Of a stretch of 64,000 nt of DNA, positions 63,322 to 64,000 are shown in pieces. The stretch is from Scyliorhinus canicula (Eukaryota), in assembly GCF_902713615.1 (NCBI RefSeq), contig NC_052148.1:250429212-250493211 (forward strand). Reading direction: 5' to 3'. Within the stretch, counting starts at the first letter, position 1; every line of letters starts with the position of its first letter. Made by a program: the position numbers and the translations under genes. Under the pieces are notes generated by a model that was not told the DNA's origin, did no database searches, and saw only the letters and a program-made list of their open reading frames with translations.

Positions 63322-64000
63322 TAAAAAATATTTTATTCAAGGCATTTTCATATCAGCAAACAAAAGCAGAAGAATAACATTACATTAACGGTGTTCAAAA
63401 GGCATCTTGACAAACACATGGATAGGATGGGTATAGAGGGATATGGCACAAAAAATTGCTGAGGGTATTGGCCAAGGTGGGTATCATGACCGGTGCAGGC
63501 TTGGAGGGCCGAAGGGCCTGTTCCCATGCTGTATTGTTCTTGGTATTATAAGCAACCAACATCTGCTTCCCCCCCCCCTCCAATTGCTTCCTTCCCCATT
63601 TTCCCCCCCTCCAATTTCTGACCCCTCAAACCTCCTTAAAGAAATCAATAAATGGCTTCCACCTCCGAGTGAACCCATCGACCGACCTCAGGATGAACTT
63701 GATGTTCTCGAGCCTCAGGAATTCCGCCAGGTCGCTTACCCACACCCCCGCTTTTAGCGGCTCCAAGTCTCTCCACCCGAGCAAATACTGTCGCTGGCCT
63801 ATCAGGGAGGCAAAGGCCAAAACATTGGCTTCTTTCACCCCTTGAACCCCTGGGTCCTCCTACGCCCTGAATATCGCCACCTCTGGACTCAGGGCCACCT
63901 TCACCCCCAGCACCTTGGACATTACATCTGCGAACCCCTTCAGAATCCCCTAAACTTCGAACATGCCCAAAACATGTGGACATAATTCGCGGGCTCACCG
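63322..64000 (-). mobile_element. L1 3' end (runs off the window) with a nested CR1 3' fragment
   Basis: EANVLAFASLIG...LLGWR...WVSDLAEFLRLENIKF...RWKPFIDFF ORF2 terminus. The 3' tail resembles 16060-16110. Confidence 0.85.

Noticed and set aside
57100-64000. SCLT1 coding exons
   Set aside because: Searched by eye for the N-terminal MAAEIDFLREQ-like peptide with splice sites and found none, so the symbol was not assigned.

Overview
Vertebrate genomic DNA, almost certainly from a shark or other elasmobranch, judged from HE1-type V-SINEs, HER1/CR1 3' ends, DeuSINEs and Penelope-like fragments. One complete protein-coding gene can be reconstructed: C4orf33 (UPF0462) on the minus strand. It has five coding exons (47895-47715, 45566-45506, 44768-44717, 43006-42807, 39018-38856; 657 nt, 218 aa), all GT-AG and phase-compatible, plus a probable non-coding first exon in a CpG island near 55.4 kb. 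That island looks like a bidirectional promoter. A plus-strand first exon (donor at 55721) with nearby RFX X-box-like motifs is a candidate for SCLT1, by synteny only. The rest is largely transposon debris: a near-full-length decayed L1, truncated L1s (one with a 15-bp TSD), solo LTRs with 5-bp TSDs, Rex1/RTE/CR1/L2-like fragments, Harbinger-like MITEs, Penelope-like pieces with decayed hammerhead ribozyme motifs and many SINEs. Points of interest: a 63-bp copy of C4orf33 terminal-exon coding sequence 912 bp downstream; a 40-bp minisatellite with 120/240-bp higher-order structure inside a possible unannotated transcription unit (20.5-23.2 kb); a 48-bp minisatellite beside the promoter; and a solo-LTR family ending in non-canonical CAAAA. 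I found no convincing wholly new biological system; the findings are candidates.
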